Shown one piece after another: positions 46,401 to 56,347 of a stretch of DNA of 64,000 nt. How positions within the stretch are numbered: the stretch's first letter is position 1; each line of letters begins with the position of its first letter. The stretch covers positions 672,001 to 736,000 of the forward strand of contig CAVPNL010000006.1 of NCBI GenBank assembly GCA_963706575.1. The letters are read 5' to 3'. Made by a program: the position numbers and the translations under genes. A model generated the notes under the pieces. That model did no database searches. It worked only from the letters and a program-made list of their open reading frames with translations, and had not been told where the DNA came from. This stretch comes from an uncultured delta proteobacterium (GTDB lineage: Bacteria; Desulfobacterota; Desulfobacteria; Desulfobacterales; JAHEIW01).

Positions 46401-48401
46401 TTACATTTTAAATGCCAGCCCGATTTGAAAACTTGGATCCGGCGGGCTGAAACCGAATGTTTCCTCATAGTGCTCGTCAAAAAGGTTTTCAACCTTTCCG
46501 AAAATTTTAAAATCCTGAATATACCGGTGATCCAGATTAAACGTATATGAGGTCGCCAGATTGACAATAAAATATTCATCCAGGGTTACCCGGTTCGCCG
46601 GAAAGGTCCGAAAATCGAGATCATCACGCTCATCCACATAAAGGCCGTCGAACCGAATCTGAAATCCCTTCCGGGCCCAATTGATAAAACCGGAAGCCGT
46701 ATGATTCGGCCGGCGCAAAAGATCTTTGCCTTCCTCAAAAGGCGAACTCGGCCCCCCGATGCCACCGTCATCGGTGACCTCGGTATTCAGATAGGTGTAA
46801 TTGCCGCCAACGGTAAAGCCATAGCCGGGCTTGCATAACGCCATCAGCTCGATACCCTTGCTTTCTGCTCCTTGAATGTTTTCAAAATCCGGCTGCGGAT
46901 CCGGCCGGTTAATATATGAAATTAAATCATCAAATTCTTGATAAAAGTAAGTGGCACCCAAAACGAGCTTATTTTTCCATAGCGCCTGATCGACCCCCAC
47001 TTCCCACGAATACGATTTTTCCGGGTCCAGGTCCGGGTTGCCGGTGGCAAATCCCTGGGAGAACTGTTCGGTAAAGGTCGGCGCCTTAAAACCTTTTCCA
47101 GCCGCGCCACGAAGTGTTGTGCCCGTTTTGGTTAAATCGTATGCAACCGAACCGCGCGGAACAAATTCATTGCCGAACTCGCTATTGTCTTCATAACGTG
47201 CCCCGGCAGTCAAATGCAAACGGTTAAAAAAAGACAATTGTTCCTGGGCATACCATCCCCGGTTGTCCCGACCCTTGCTCAAACTGTCTTTTGTTTCAAC
47301 TCCCAGGAAGATCGATCGGGTTTGTTGATCATAATCTTCATCCAGATATTCGAATCCGGCCGTAAATGTCGAACGAATCGTTTCCGTTGACGGATATCGA
47401 ATATTAAAATGATAATCAATCGAGTAACGAGACTCATTGGTTTCCGAGAAAAAAGCGCCAAAGTCCGCCACCGGATCTTCCGGGTCATTATAATCTTGTT
47501 CATTCTTATGATAGCCAAACAGCACCGCATGCTCCAGCCATGACAGCATCCGGTATTGAGCGTTTATGCCGCCCACCCAATCATCGTTTTTCAGATCCTG
47601 ATTGGGGTCCAGAGGGGAATATTTGTCACCGGCATCGCCGGTCGGGAACTTAAGTTTTGAATCTTCGTAACGCCCGGTGAAAGTCAGATCCAGATTACCC
47701 AGGGGATACATATCCATGCGGCCACTGAGGGTATTGTTCCAGTAATCCTGGTTGATATCCAGGTAGCCGTTATCATCGACCCGGGCATATGCCAGACTGG
47801 CGCCGATCGATTCATTTCCCCCCGTAAAGCCGATACTCTGCTCACCGACGTAATTCTTATCCCCCTTTAAATAGGTTCCATTTGAAGTCGAGGCTCGCAG
47901 CGACGGCTTGCCCTCCCCCGGTTTGGTAATAAAATTGATCACCCCGCCGATGGCATCCGATCCGTACAAAGCACTCTGGGGTCCGCGCACAATTTCAACC
48001 CGTTCAAAATTTTCGGTCAGCAAAGAGCCGAAGTCAAAGCCGCCGCCCCCGAGGTTGACACTGACACCGTCGATCAAAACTTTTGTAAAGTTATCTTCGC
48101 CACCACGCGGATAAAGTGCCGTTACGCCGCCCCGGCCGCCGCTGCGCGAAATATTAAACCCGGGAACCGTTCGTAAAACATCCAGCACATCGGCCGCTTG
48201 ACGTTCTTTAATTTCTTCTTCGGTAACCACCGTTGTTGAAACCCCCAATTCTCTCACCGGGGTTTCGGTTCGTGTGGCCGTCACCAGGGTTTCATCCATT
48301 ATGGGGACCGAATCTTCCTTTTCAGAATCTGCTAAAGCCGGGTTAGCTGCGATCACCCAAAGTAAAAAGCCGATCAGAATGCTCCAGACGTGTTGTTTCA
48401 T
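46401..48401 (-). CDS. btuB: TonB-dependent receptor, probable cobamide transporter
   Basis: Signal peptide, TonB box ETLVTA, plug RGG...LIDG and ERVEIVRGPQSALYGSDAIGGVINFIT, NPDLDPEKS. Preceded by a cobalamin riboswitch. Confidence 0.85.
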   Translation of the reverse strand: MKQHVWSILIGFLLWVIAANPALADSEKEDSVPIMDETLVTATRTETPVRELGVSTTVVTEEEIKERQAADVLDVLRTVPGFNISRSGGRGGVTALYPRGGEDNFTKVLIDGVSVNLGGGGFDFGSLLTENFERVEIVRGPQSALYGSDAIGGVINFITKPGEGKPSLRASTSNGTYLKGDKNYVGEQSIGFTGGNESIGASLAYARVDDNGYLDINQDYWNNTLSGRMDMYPLGNLDLTFTGRYEDSKLKFPTGDAGDKYSPLDPNQDLKNDDWVGGINAQYRMLSWLEHAVLFGYHKNEQDYNDPEDPVADFGAFFSETNESRYSIDYHFNIRYPSTETIRSTFTAGFEYLDEDYDQQTRSIFLGVETKDSLSKGRDNRGWYAQEQLSFFNRLHLTAGARYEDNSEFGNEFVPRGSVAYDLTKTGTTLRGAAGKGFKAPTFTEQFSQGFATGNPDLDPEKSYSWEVGVDQALWKNKLVLGATYFYQEFDDLISYINRPDPQPDFENIQGAESKGIELMALCKPGYGFTVGGNYTYLNTEVTDDGGIGGPSSPFEEGKDLLRRPNHTASGFINWARKGFQIRFDGLYVDERDDLDFRTFPANRVTLDEYFIVNLATSYTFNLDHRYIQDFKIFGKVENLFDEHYEETFGFSPPDPSFQIGLAFKM

Positions 48402-48451
48402 TGTTTTTCCTCCTCATAGCCTAAAGATTAATTTGTCGGTGACCGCTGTAA

Positions 48452-48488
48452 ATAAAAAAGCCCTTCAAGCGATAATGCTTGAAGGGCT
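48452..48488 (-). terminator. Intrinsic terminator (riboswitch expression platform)
   Basis: AGCCCTTCAAGC-6nt-GCTTGAAGGGCT followed by a T run on the minus strand. Confidence 0.75.
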
Positions 48489-48559
48489 GCACCCAGTTTT
48501 CTTAACCCTTTTTATATGATGCTCTGTCTCTGTCGTCCGCAGAGCTCCGGCAATTTGCA

Positions 48560-48714
48560 AGGCAGGTCTTCTGGCTTTCGGATCCGTCTACTAACTGCGC
48601 CTTCCCACCTGGCTTTAACCAGACAGTGGCATGGTGCAGCATTCGTCCCCGATTACAGCGGCGGGACCACTCCCGATTTTAACGGGATTCCCTTTTAAGC
48701 CCAACAGGCACCTT
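48560..48714 (-). ncRNA. Cobalamin riboswitch upstream of btuB
   Basis: Minus strand: AGGTGC...AAAAGGGAA-TCCCG..CGGGA..CCCGCCGCTGTAA...GCCACTG...GGGAAGGC...AGCCAGAAGACCTGCC (B12 box). Confidence 0.95.
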
Positions 48715-48863
48715 GATTGCCTAATATGTAAACTTAAAATGTTTGTCAAGGACAAACATTCAGTGTTTAGTATTTGGTGTTTAGTGTTTAGTAGAACGGC
48801 TATGACGTTATTTCAATTTGTCAGCATCCTAAACACCAAACACCAAACACTAAACACCAAACA

Positions 48864-49664
48864 CTATTTACTATTTAAAAATTTCTGCGGCACCACCGTA
48901 ACGCGCGGTAAATCCCCCAGCGGACTTGCGTCGACCAGCAACTTGCAGCCATAGGTTTCTTCCAGGGTTTTGAAATTCAAAACCTCATTGGGCGAGCCCA
49001 TACATACGATTTCACCGGCTTTGAGCAATAGCAACTGATCACCATACATGGCCGCCAGGTTTACATCATGTGAGACCATGACGACGGTCACCCCTCTTTC
49101 AGCCTTAAGTTTCTCCATCAGATCCATTATTCGTATCTGATGGGATAAATCCAGAGAGGCGGTGGGCTCATCCAGCAGTATCACCTGCGGCTGCTGGCAG
49201 AGCGCCCGGGCAATTAATACACGCTGCTGCTCTCCGCCGCTGAGCTGATCCAGTTTGCGCCGGGCTAGATGGGCGACTTCGGTAAACGCCATGGCCTGCT
49301 GCGCAATATCCAAATCGTCTTGCGAGGCAAGACCCAGCACTTTTTGATGGGGGGCGCGCCCCAGCAAAACCGTCTCTTCTACCGTAAACGGAAAGCCGAC
49401 CGGTAATCCCTGGGGCACATAGGCCAACGCTTTTGCCAATTTTTTCTGCGAGTATTTGCCAATCGGTGCCTGCAATATTTCAATTTGACCCGTCTGGATC
49501 TTTAATATACCGACCATTAACTTGATCAAGGTAGTTTTTCCGGCTCCATTCGGCCCGATAATGATAAACACATCACTTTGCGGAACTGAAAAGGACAGAT
49601 CCTTTAAGACAGATTGAGTGCCGAAGGCGTAGCTTAAATTTTCAACAGCAAAAGCAGGTTTCAT
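48864..49664 (-). CDS. btuD: Cobalamin/iron-chelate ABC transporter ATPase
   Basis: GPNGAGKTT, LSGGEQQRV, LLDEPT, SHD.N.A. Confidence 0.8.
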   Translation of the reverse strand: MKPAFAVENLSYAFGTQSVLKDLSFSVPQSDVFIIIGPNGAGKTTLIKLMVGILKIQTGQIEILQAPIGKYSQKKLAKALAYVPQGLPVGFPFTVEETVLLGRAPHQKVLGLASQDDLDIAQQAMAFTEVAHLARRKLDQLSGGEQQRVLIARALCQQPQVILLDEPTASLDLSHQIRIMDLMEKLKAERGVTVVMVSHDVNLAAMYGDQLLLLKAGEIVCMGSPNEVLNFKTLEETYGCKLLVDASPLGDLPRVTVVPQKFLNSK

Positions 49665-50671
49665 TTTCGCGACTTTTTTAAAAGAATGATAAAAAGCGGC
49701 GCACCGATCAGGGCCGTGACCACGCCGGCAGGCATCTCTCCCTGCTGCGGCAGCGTTCTTGCTAAAAGATCACAAAGCACCAGGTAGGCAGCCCCGCCAA
49801 AAAGACACGCCGGTACCAAAGACCGATGATCCGGGCCCAAAACGAGCCGTAATAGATGGGGGATGACCAGACCGACAAATCCTACCAGACCACTGAAACT
49901 GACCGTTGCGCTGACCATAAATGAGGTGACAATCAGCAGGGTAAGGGTCACCGCCTTAATGTTGATTCCCATGGTTCGTGCCATATCTTTGCCCATCATG
50001 AGTAAGTTCATTGCATGGGAAAACACAAAAACCATAATAAAACAGGGCATAAGGATTGAACCGAGTATGACAACCTGCGGCAGGTCGGCCGCTGATAAAT
50101 CCCCCATTAGCCAAAAAATGATGTTATGGAGTCGGGCGTCCTGGGTGATTGAAACCAGGAACATGATAATGGCCGAACAAAAGGCATTGACCATTACCCC
50201 GGACAGCAGCAGGGCATCCTTTCTTAATATTGATTTGCCGGTCGACATGACCAGTATCAGCGCCAGGGTACCCAGGCTCCCCAGAAAAGATGTGAAGCAA
50301 ATTCCCGGAAATCGGGATAATCCCAATAATATTCCGATAATGGCGCCGATGGCCGAGCCCCCGGAAATCCCCAGTATGAAAGGCTCGGCCAGGGGATTTC
50401 GCAGCAGCGCCTGAAATACGAGCCCCCCCAGAGATAGGGTGGCGCCGACAATCGCTGCCAAAAGCACCCGGGGAAAGCGGATGCGCCAGACGATGCTATA
50501 TAATATGGAATCAGATTCAGCGGTTGTAAAAAGGGCCGAAAAGGCGGATCGAATTCCGCTTTGGGTGGGACCAATGGAAAGTCCCAGTGCAAATGCGATG
50601 AACAGGACCACCAGCAAAATAATTGAAATCCAGATGAGTCGGGTGATATGATGCTGCGAATTTAGCGTCAC
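49661..50671 (-). CDS. btuC: Cobalamin/iron-chelate ABC transporter permease (FecCD family)
   Basis: IRFPR, RNPLAEP..LG.S.G, FWLMG, GFVGLVIPH, P.GVVTAL.GAP.F. Confidence 0.82.
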   Translation of the reverse strand: MTLNSQHHITRLIWISIILLVVLFIAFALGLSIGPTQSGIRSAFSALFTTAESDSILYSIVWRIRFPRVLLAAIVGATLSLGGLVFQALLRNPLAEPFILGISGGSAIGAIIGILLGLSRFPGICFTSFLGSLGTLALILVMSTGKSILRKDALLLSGVMVNAFCSAIIMFLVSITQDARLHNIIFWLMGDLSAADLPQVVILGSILMPCFIMVFVFSHAMNLLMMGKDMARTMGINIKAVTLTLLIVTSFMVSATVSFSGLVGFVGLVIPHLLRLVLGPDHRSLVPACLFGGAAYLVLCDLLARTLPQQGEMPAGVVTALIGAPLFIILLKKSRK

Positions 50672-51582
50672 GATCCATCCTCAAATAGTTTCGGATGAAG
50701 TAACCGGGTTAATATTTCAAGCGCATCGAATAATCGCGGAGAAGGACGATCAAACACATCCGAGTCGACCATATAAATTCGCTTTTTGCGCACAGCCGGC
50801 ATATGCGCTAGACGATTCCAATCTGCTTTGGCCTTTTCAAAAGCCCCCGATCTTGCCATCGTTGTAACAATCAGAACATCCGGCGCAAGGGCCAATACCT
50901 GCTCCCGGCTGAAATGCGGATAGGCGCTGTTGCCGGCCGCAACATTGATGCCGCCGGCCCGAACAATGAGCTCGTGGATAAAGGTGTTCGAACCCGCCGA
51001 TATAATAGGGGAGATCCCAATCTGGATAAATACGCGCGGCCGGCGATCTATCCTCGAAACGAGGTCATCCACCTGCTGCATCCGGCTGCGCATATCCTCA
51101 ACCAGTGTTTTTGCTATTGCCGAAGCATTGAGGACCCCGCCGATTCTTTGGATGGTCTGCAGCAATGATTCGAGATCGCGCGGATTTACTGCAAAAACAG
51201 GGATATTGAGAGATTGCAGCCGATCGATAATTGCTTTTGGATTGCCATCTTTAATCGCAATGCAAAGATCCGGATTCAAGGCAACGATGCGCTCAAGATC
51301 CAGGCGCACATAGGAGCCGACTTTAGGCAATTGTGCTGCTGCAGCTGGATAATTACTGAATTGGGTGGTGCCTTTTAGGCGGCCCTGCTGCCCGAGCGCA
51401 AATATTATTTCTGTAATACTCGGTGCCAACGCGACAACTCGCTTCGGATCATCGGGCACACGAATTTCTCGTCCTAATTGATCTTCAGCGGTTTTTGCTG
51501 TAAGCGGCAGGCCACTTGCCAGCAAAATGGTGATCGCTGATATTGATGTTGCTAATATTTTAGGGATCATCTTCTTCTTCAT
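50668..51582 (-). CDS. btuF: Cobalamin-binding periplasmic protein
   Basis: PKRVVALAPSITE..FALG, ERIVALNPDL, RPSPR. Downstream of a cobalamin riboswitch. Start uncertain. Confidence 0.82.
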   Translation of the reverse strand: MKKKMIPKILATSISAITILLASGLPLTAKTAEDQLGREIRVPDDPKRVVALAPSITEIIFALGQQGRLKGTTQFSNYPAAAAQLPKVGSYVRLDLERIVALNPDLCIAIKDGNPKAIIDRLQSLNIPVFAVNPRDLESLLQTIQRIGGVLNASAIAKTLVEDMRSRMQQVDDLVSRIDRRPRVFIQIGISPIISAGSNTFIHELIVRAGGINVAAGNSAYPHFSREQVLALAPDVLIVTTMARSGAFEKAKADWNRLAHMPAVRKKRIYMVDSDVFDRPSPRLFDALEILTRLLHPKLFEDGS

Positions 51583-51696
51583 AAAAGCAAACTGTTGGCT
51601 AGAGTGTTTAGTGTTTAGTATTCTAACAAATTGATATAATGTCACTCACGTTATACTAAACACCAAACACGAAACACTAAAACACTAGGGTAAAAC

Positions 51697-51731
51697 AAAA
51701 AAACCCTTCAAGCGATTATGGCTTGAAGGGC
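51697..51731 (-). terminator. Intrinsic terminator (riboswitch expression platform)
   Basis: CCCTTCAAGC-7nt-GCTTGAAGGG followed by a T run on the minus strand. Near-identical to 48452-48488. Confidence 0.72.
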
Positions 51732-51882
51732 TGCACCCAGTTTGCTTGACCCTTTTTTATGTAATGCCAGTCCTCTGTCTTTCGCAGAGTGAGACCGCTG
51801 CCAAACACCCTTTTTTGCCCCATTTCATCTTGCGGCAAAAATGCGCATTTTTCAAAGGTCTCAAAACGATGGCAATCTGGCA

Positions 51883-52063
51883 AGGCAGGTCTTCTGACTC
51901 CCCCGCCCTTTTAGCAACCTTCCCATCCCGATTGGTCGAAACAGTGGCATTCGCGGCTAAAAGGGTTCTCTCTTTGTCCATAGCACACAACAAAAAGAGC
52001 AGGGTTACAGCGGCGGGACCGCTCCCGGCTTTAACGGGATTCCCTATTAAGCATACGCACCTT
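51883..52063 (-). ncRNA. Cobalamin riboswitch upstream of btuFCD
   Basis: Minus strand: AGGTGC...AATAGGGAA..CCCGCCGCTGTAA...GCCACTG...GGGAAGG...AGTCAGAAGACCTGCC. Confidence 0.95.
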
Positions 52064-52336
52064 ATTCCCTGAAAATATCTTTTAAGGGAAAATCGGTTTC
52101 AAGTCAACAAAATTAAGTTGACAAAGGTTTGAGGTTTATTTAATTGGGTTTTAAAAATACAAATCAAAAATCTGGTGGTTCCTTTTTTTTAAATAAAACT
52201 GCTTTGAAATTGCCAGATTTTGTTCGTGAGCTCGACGCAATTCGCTTCATAAGCGGAGCATACACCTCGTGGCTGGAAGCCACTCCCACTGTTTTTACAC
52301 TCATAACAGTGTATTTATCGAACCTCCTAAGCAATA

Positions 52337-52361
52337 AGTGGGAGCGGCATCTTGCCGCGAT
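52337..52361. repeat. REP-like repeat GTGGGAGCGGC...GCCGCGAT
   Basis: Inverted copy at ~2717-2742 and a paired inverted set at ~57995-58060. Confidence 0.7.
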
Positions 52362-52407
52362 ATTCGAGCATTTTGAAGCGGTTCGCAACGCAGCTGTCGG
52401 GCAAAAG

Positions 52408-52574
52408 ATGGTAATTTATAAACAGTTTTAGGGATAATAGGGAAACCGGTGTAAAACCGGTACGGACCCGCCGCTGTGTTCGGGGACAAAACCCGCAGGT
52501 TGCCACTGGCTCGTTGCCAAGCGAACCGGGAAGGTGCGGGGAGTAGGTCGATCCGAAAGTCAGAAGACCTGCCA
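52408..52574 (+). ncRNA. Cobalamin riboswitch upstream of cobT
   Basis: AATAGGGAA-ACCGGTGTAAAACCGGT..CCCGCCGCTGT...GCCACTG...GGGAAGG...AGTCAGAAGACCTGCCA. Confidence 0.95.
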
Positions 52575-52603
52575 ACAGATTTGGGTTTGGGGAGATGGTA
52601 AAT

Positions 52604-52649
52604 CCTCAAGCGTGGTTATGATTGTTGAACCACACTTGGGGTTTTTTTT
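52604..52649 (+). terminator. Intrinsic terminator after the cobT riboswitch
   Basis: CCTCAAGCGTGGTT...AACCACACTTGGGG followed by T8. Confidence 0.8.
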
Positions 52650-52776
52650 GGAATTAAGCCACGAAAGCACGAAAACTAAAAAAGGCACGAAATTTTAAAA
52701 ATTTTGTTTTCTGCAAGCGTTTTTTTTCGTGTTTTTATCCTTTCGTGATTTCGTGGTAAAAATGGAAAGGAGAAAT

Positions 52777-53848
52777 ATGGGAATGAATTTAGCTGAAATT
52801 ATTGAAGGAATTAAGCCTGTAGATCAGCAATGGATTCAAAAAGCGCAGGAACGAACCGCCCAGCTGGTGATGCCCACCCGGGCTCTGGGCCGGCTGCATG
52901 AGATATCTGAACGGCTATGCGGCATCCAGCAGACGCTTGCGCCCGTTATCGATCAAAAAGCCATCCTGGTTATGGCCGGGGACCACGGGGTTGTTGCAGA
53001 AGGGGTCAGCGCTTACCCCCAGGAGGTTACCCCGGCGATGGTGCAGACCTTTCTTGTCGGCGGGGCCGGCATTAATGCCATCTCGCGCCAGGTGGGCGCC
53101 GATGTATGGGTGGTGGATATGGGGATCATTCCGGAGCTGGATGCCACCGGTCTCAAAGGCGCAGAGCGCCTGGTGGTTGAAAAAATCGGAAATGGAACCG
53201 CCAGTTTCACGAAAGGACCCGCCATGTCGCGCCAGGACGCGGAAAAAGCATTGCAGGTCGGGTTCGAACAGGCCTCAAGACGCGTGGAAAATGGGGCGGA
53301 GATTCTGGGTACCGGCGACATGGGGATCGGCAACACCACGCCTTCGGCTGCCATCGGTGCTGTGATTACCGGGGCCAGCCTGGATGAGATGGTGGGGCGC
53401 GGGACCGGAGTTGATGATGCCGGGCTGGCGCACAAACGCGACATCGTGCGCCGCGGTATCGAAGTCAATACACCACAGCCCGAAGATGGGCTGGAAGTTC
53501 TGGCGAAAGTCGGGGGATTTGAAATCGGCGGGATCGCCGGCACCATACTTGCCGGCTGCTTTTCATCGGCGGGCGGTGGTTATGGACGGATTTATCTCAA
53601 CCGCCGGTGCCCTGATTGCCCACACGCTGTGCCCGACCGTTAAAGACTATTTATTTGCGGGACACTGCTCCGAAGAGGCCGGCCACCGCATCATGCTAAA
53701 CCATTTAGGGCTGGAGCCCATTCTCGATCTGGGCATGCGTCTGGGGGAGGGGACCGGAGCTGCTCTGGCGATGGGTGTTATGGATGGCGCTGTTCGTATG
53801 TTTAAGGAGGTCTTGACCTTTGAGGAAGCCGGCGTTGCGAATAAGTAG
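52777..53848 (+). CDS. cobT: Nicotinate-nucleotide--dimethylbenzimidazole phosphoribosyltransferase; one +1 frameshift at ~53557-53563
   Basis: LGRL, AGDHGV, GDMGIGNTT, GRGTG and GGFEI in frame 1; DGFIS and MRLGEGTGA in the shifted frame. Removing one base joins them. Confidence 0.9.
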
Positions 53849-53962
53849 TAAACACAGATGACAGAGGCTATATTTCGGTAATCAAATATCATACGCGATG
53901 AGCGCGCGATATCAAAATTAAACGACAGAGTCATTGCTGACCCTGTCGTTAATTTGTTTCTA

Positions 53963-54394
53963 TTATTTACGGGTATATTTCCGATACCAGACATTCGCTG
54001 CGTCAATGTTTCTTGGGGGTTCATCATAGCCCAATACAAACTCCAAAGTTTTTCCAGAATTACTAATTTTTGTAATCTGATAGGCTTCTTCTCCCCAATC
54101 TCCTACCCAATTGCATTTGTAAAAAATATTGCCCTCTAAATCAGACCATTTGCCGGTTATAAGGTATCTGCCACCATCACAGGGAACTTTAGAATTGGCG
54201 TCTTTGAAGCAGTTAAACGTCCCGGCAGGTTTATAAATTATCTTTTGTGGAATGCCACTGCCATATTTAATGTTGATCCACGTGCCGTATAGTTCTTCCT
54301 GGTTTTTCGCAAAATATCCCCATTCTCCAGCTATGACCTGAGTAGCGAAAGCAAAAATAACTATACTCAAAACCAAAGCTAAGATTGATTTCAT
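53963..54394 (-). CDS. Hypothetical exported protein
   Basis: Signal-peptide-like N-terminus, AGGAG RBS, 143 aa. Confidence 0.6.
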   Translation of the reverse strand: MKSILALVLSIVIFAFATQVIAGEWGYFAKNQEELYGTWINIKYGSGIPQKIIYKPAGTFNCFKDANSKVPCDGGRYLITGKWSDLEGNIFYKCNWVGDWGEEAYQITKISNSGKTLEFVLGYDEPPRNIDAANVWYRKYTRK

Positions 54395-54505
54395 GACGAT
54401 TCTCCTATTTAAAATTAGATGGATAATTATTCAAAGGAATGAATTAAGCTCCCAACGCAGTTGCGTTAGGAGAAAGGTAGGCACAATTTAAGCGGCTTTT
54501 CCATC

Positions 54506-55552
54506 TTACTTCTCTATTGGAAGGGAATCCCCTCCGGGATACTGATGGAACATATACAGCAAACGATCCATACCGATCGCCGGGTCTTTCAATTTAGCAG
54601 CAAAAGCCTCCGGATCAAAAAATTCTTTTGGTTGTTTTTTTGAATAGGTAAATATCATATCCCAAATTGGAGATCGGATCAGCCGGTAGTCGCGGTCGTC
54701 GTAGTCCCTCAACCAAATGGCAACTCGAATCGGGAGCCTGCTCTCCCGCAACGCCCAGACCCGTGCCTTTAAAATTTTCTCTCCAGCATAACCGAACTCA
54801 TGATCGAAAACTACAAGCTCCTTAGAAACCACCGGATCAGAGATCACAAGCGGCGTGGTATCATTCTTGGAGCTCCATACTCTGGAAAAAAATCCTTTGG
54901 GAAACCATTCTGGAATTTCATCGGGTGATAGGGGGTTTTCCACTCTCAGCATTACATCAAGGGAAATTGTATCCGATTTCCCAAATTTATTTACCATAAA
55001 ATAAGTGACGCTATCTGTATTAGCTTCGCTACGGGTAACTAGATCAAATGTATTTAAAATCTGACCCTTATCTGCGAAGGTCACTGTTTTACCGCTCCGT
55101 ATCCGCATGCGATTCCCATATCCGGCCCAAATTTCAACTAATTTAGGTTCAACCAGGGGATTTAGGGGATAACCGTCTATTTTTATATCTCTTATATAGA
55201 TTTTAACAGCAATAAAAGGCATGGTGCCAAAACGCTCCTGCACCTGCGCCCATGTTGGCGGCTTGTTTGCCAAAATTACGAAGCTTACGACGAGGACAAA
55301 TGCCAATCCCATGCCAACCAATAGCAAATGCCGGGCCCAGGGCCGAGAGAAAAAGACCAGATTCCGTCTCAGCGGAAATCCATGTCTTTCCAACCTCCGA
55401 ACATAAGGATGTTCCCGCAAGTCCTGGCGGAAGGCATTAAGCGAGTTCTGCAATTGGTTTTCGAGGTGCTCCGGAACCTCTGTATTGAAGGCCTCATGCA
55501 CCGCTTTCCATGCACCATCTGTTTTCATACGATCTTTTTTTTCAGCATTCAT
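54506..55552 (-). CDS. Probable anti-sigma factor (single TM, extracytoplasmic domain)
   Basis: Overlaps the end of the ECF sigma gene. One hydrophobic segment followed by TWAQV. Confidence 0.6.
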   Translation of the reverse strand: MNAEKKDRMKTDGAWKAVHEAFNTEVPEHLENQLQNSLNAFRQDLREHPYVRRLERHGFPLRRNLVFFSRPWARHLLLVGMGLAFVLVVSFVILANKPPTWAQVQERFGTMPFIAVKIYIRDIKIDGYPLNPLVEPKLVEIWAGYGNRMRIRSGKTVTFADKGQILNTFDLVTRSEANTDSVTYFMVNKFGKSDTISLDVMLRVENPLSPDEIPEWFPKGFFSRVWSSKNDTTPLVISDPVVSKELVVFDHEFGYAGEKILKARVWALRESRLPIRVAIWLRDYDDRDYRLIRSPIWDMIFTYSKKQPKEFFDPEAFAAKLKDPAIGMDRLLYMFHQYPGGDSLPIEK

Positions 55553-56099
55553 TGTACGTCTCTTCTTTGTAGGATGAGATACCAATTTCATTCAGGAGTT
55601 TTACCAGTCGAGCCTTGCCTTTGGAAAAATGTGAACGTGCCGTAGCTTCGGAACATCCCAAAACGCCGGCGATCATAGGATAGGGGGAGTCCTCCATGAT
55701 CCGCAACAGCACCGCTTGGCCCTGGTTTGGCGGAAGCATTGCAATGGCTTCGCGAATCACCGCTACCCTGTCTCCCTCTTCTTTTAAATAACCGAGCGAG
55801 CGGGCCGGCCACATCTTCGCCTGGATGCTCTCAAGACGGATTTCACGACGCCGTCGCCGGGCCCGTTTTCGTAAGGCGTCATAGGAACGAGTGATACAGA
55901 TGCGGATAATATAGGCATGCGGATTCGGATGCCGATCAATTCGCTCAAGCTTAGCCCAGATCAACGCCAGCACCTCTTGAAACACATCTGCCGCCTCCTC
56001 CGGATCGCGCACAATCCTCGCTACAATGCCTATCATGCGCTTTTCTATCGGGCCGATCAGTTTTTCATACAAATCATCGCTTTTTCCCATCTTAACCAC
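55542..56099 (-). CDS. ECF-family RNA polymerase sigma factor
   Basis: A.DVFQE, AYI.RI, AI..LP, IA..LG.SE.T.RS....GK..L. Confidence 0.85.
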   Translation of the reverse strand: MVKMGKSDDLYEKLIGPIEKRMIGIVARIVRDPEEAADVFQEVLALIWAKLERIDRHPNPHAYIIRICITRSYDALRKRARRRRREIRLESIQAKMWPARSLGYLKEEGDRVAVIREAIAMLPPNQGQAVLLRIMEDSPYPMIAGVLGCSEATARSHFSKGKARLVKLLNEIGISSYKEETYNEC

Positions 56100-56347
56100 C
56101 CGATTGTCGCAAAACGATTGATAAATCTCGCCCCTACTTATTATAACGTCTGAGAGTACGAAAATGTGTAAAGAGAAACAAAGGAAGTAAAAAAATAGAA
56201 GCTTGGATTTCTACTTTTGGCCTTTTAAGTAGATTTGTCTGGGTCAAATCTGAGCAGAAAGAGATGAATAGAGATTTAATGATGCCAGGGGAATCTTAGC
56301 TAAGCTAATATTTTCGCTTTATTGTAGATTAGGCCGTTATTTATCAT

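Noticed and set aside
51746..52609. Small ORFs between btuF and cobT, and at 48516-48954
   Set aside because: They coincide with riboswitches and repeats; not credible proteins.
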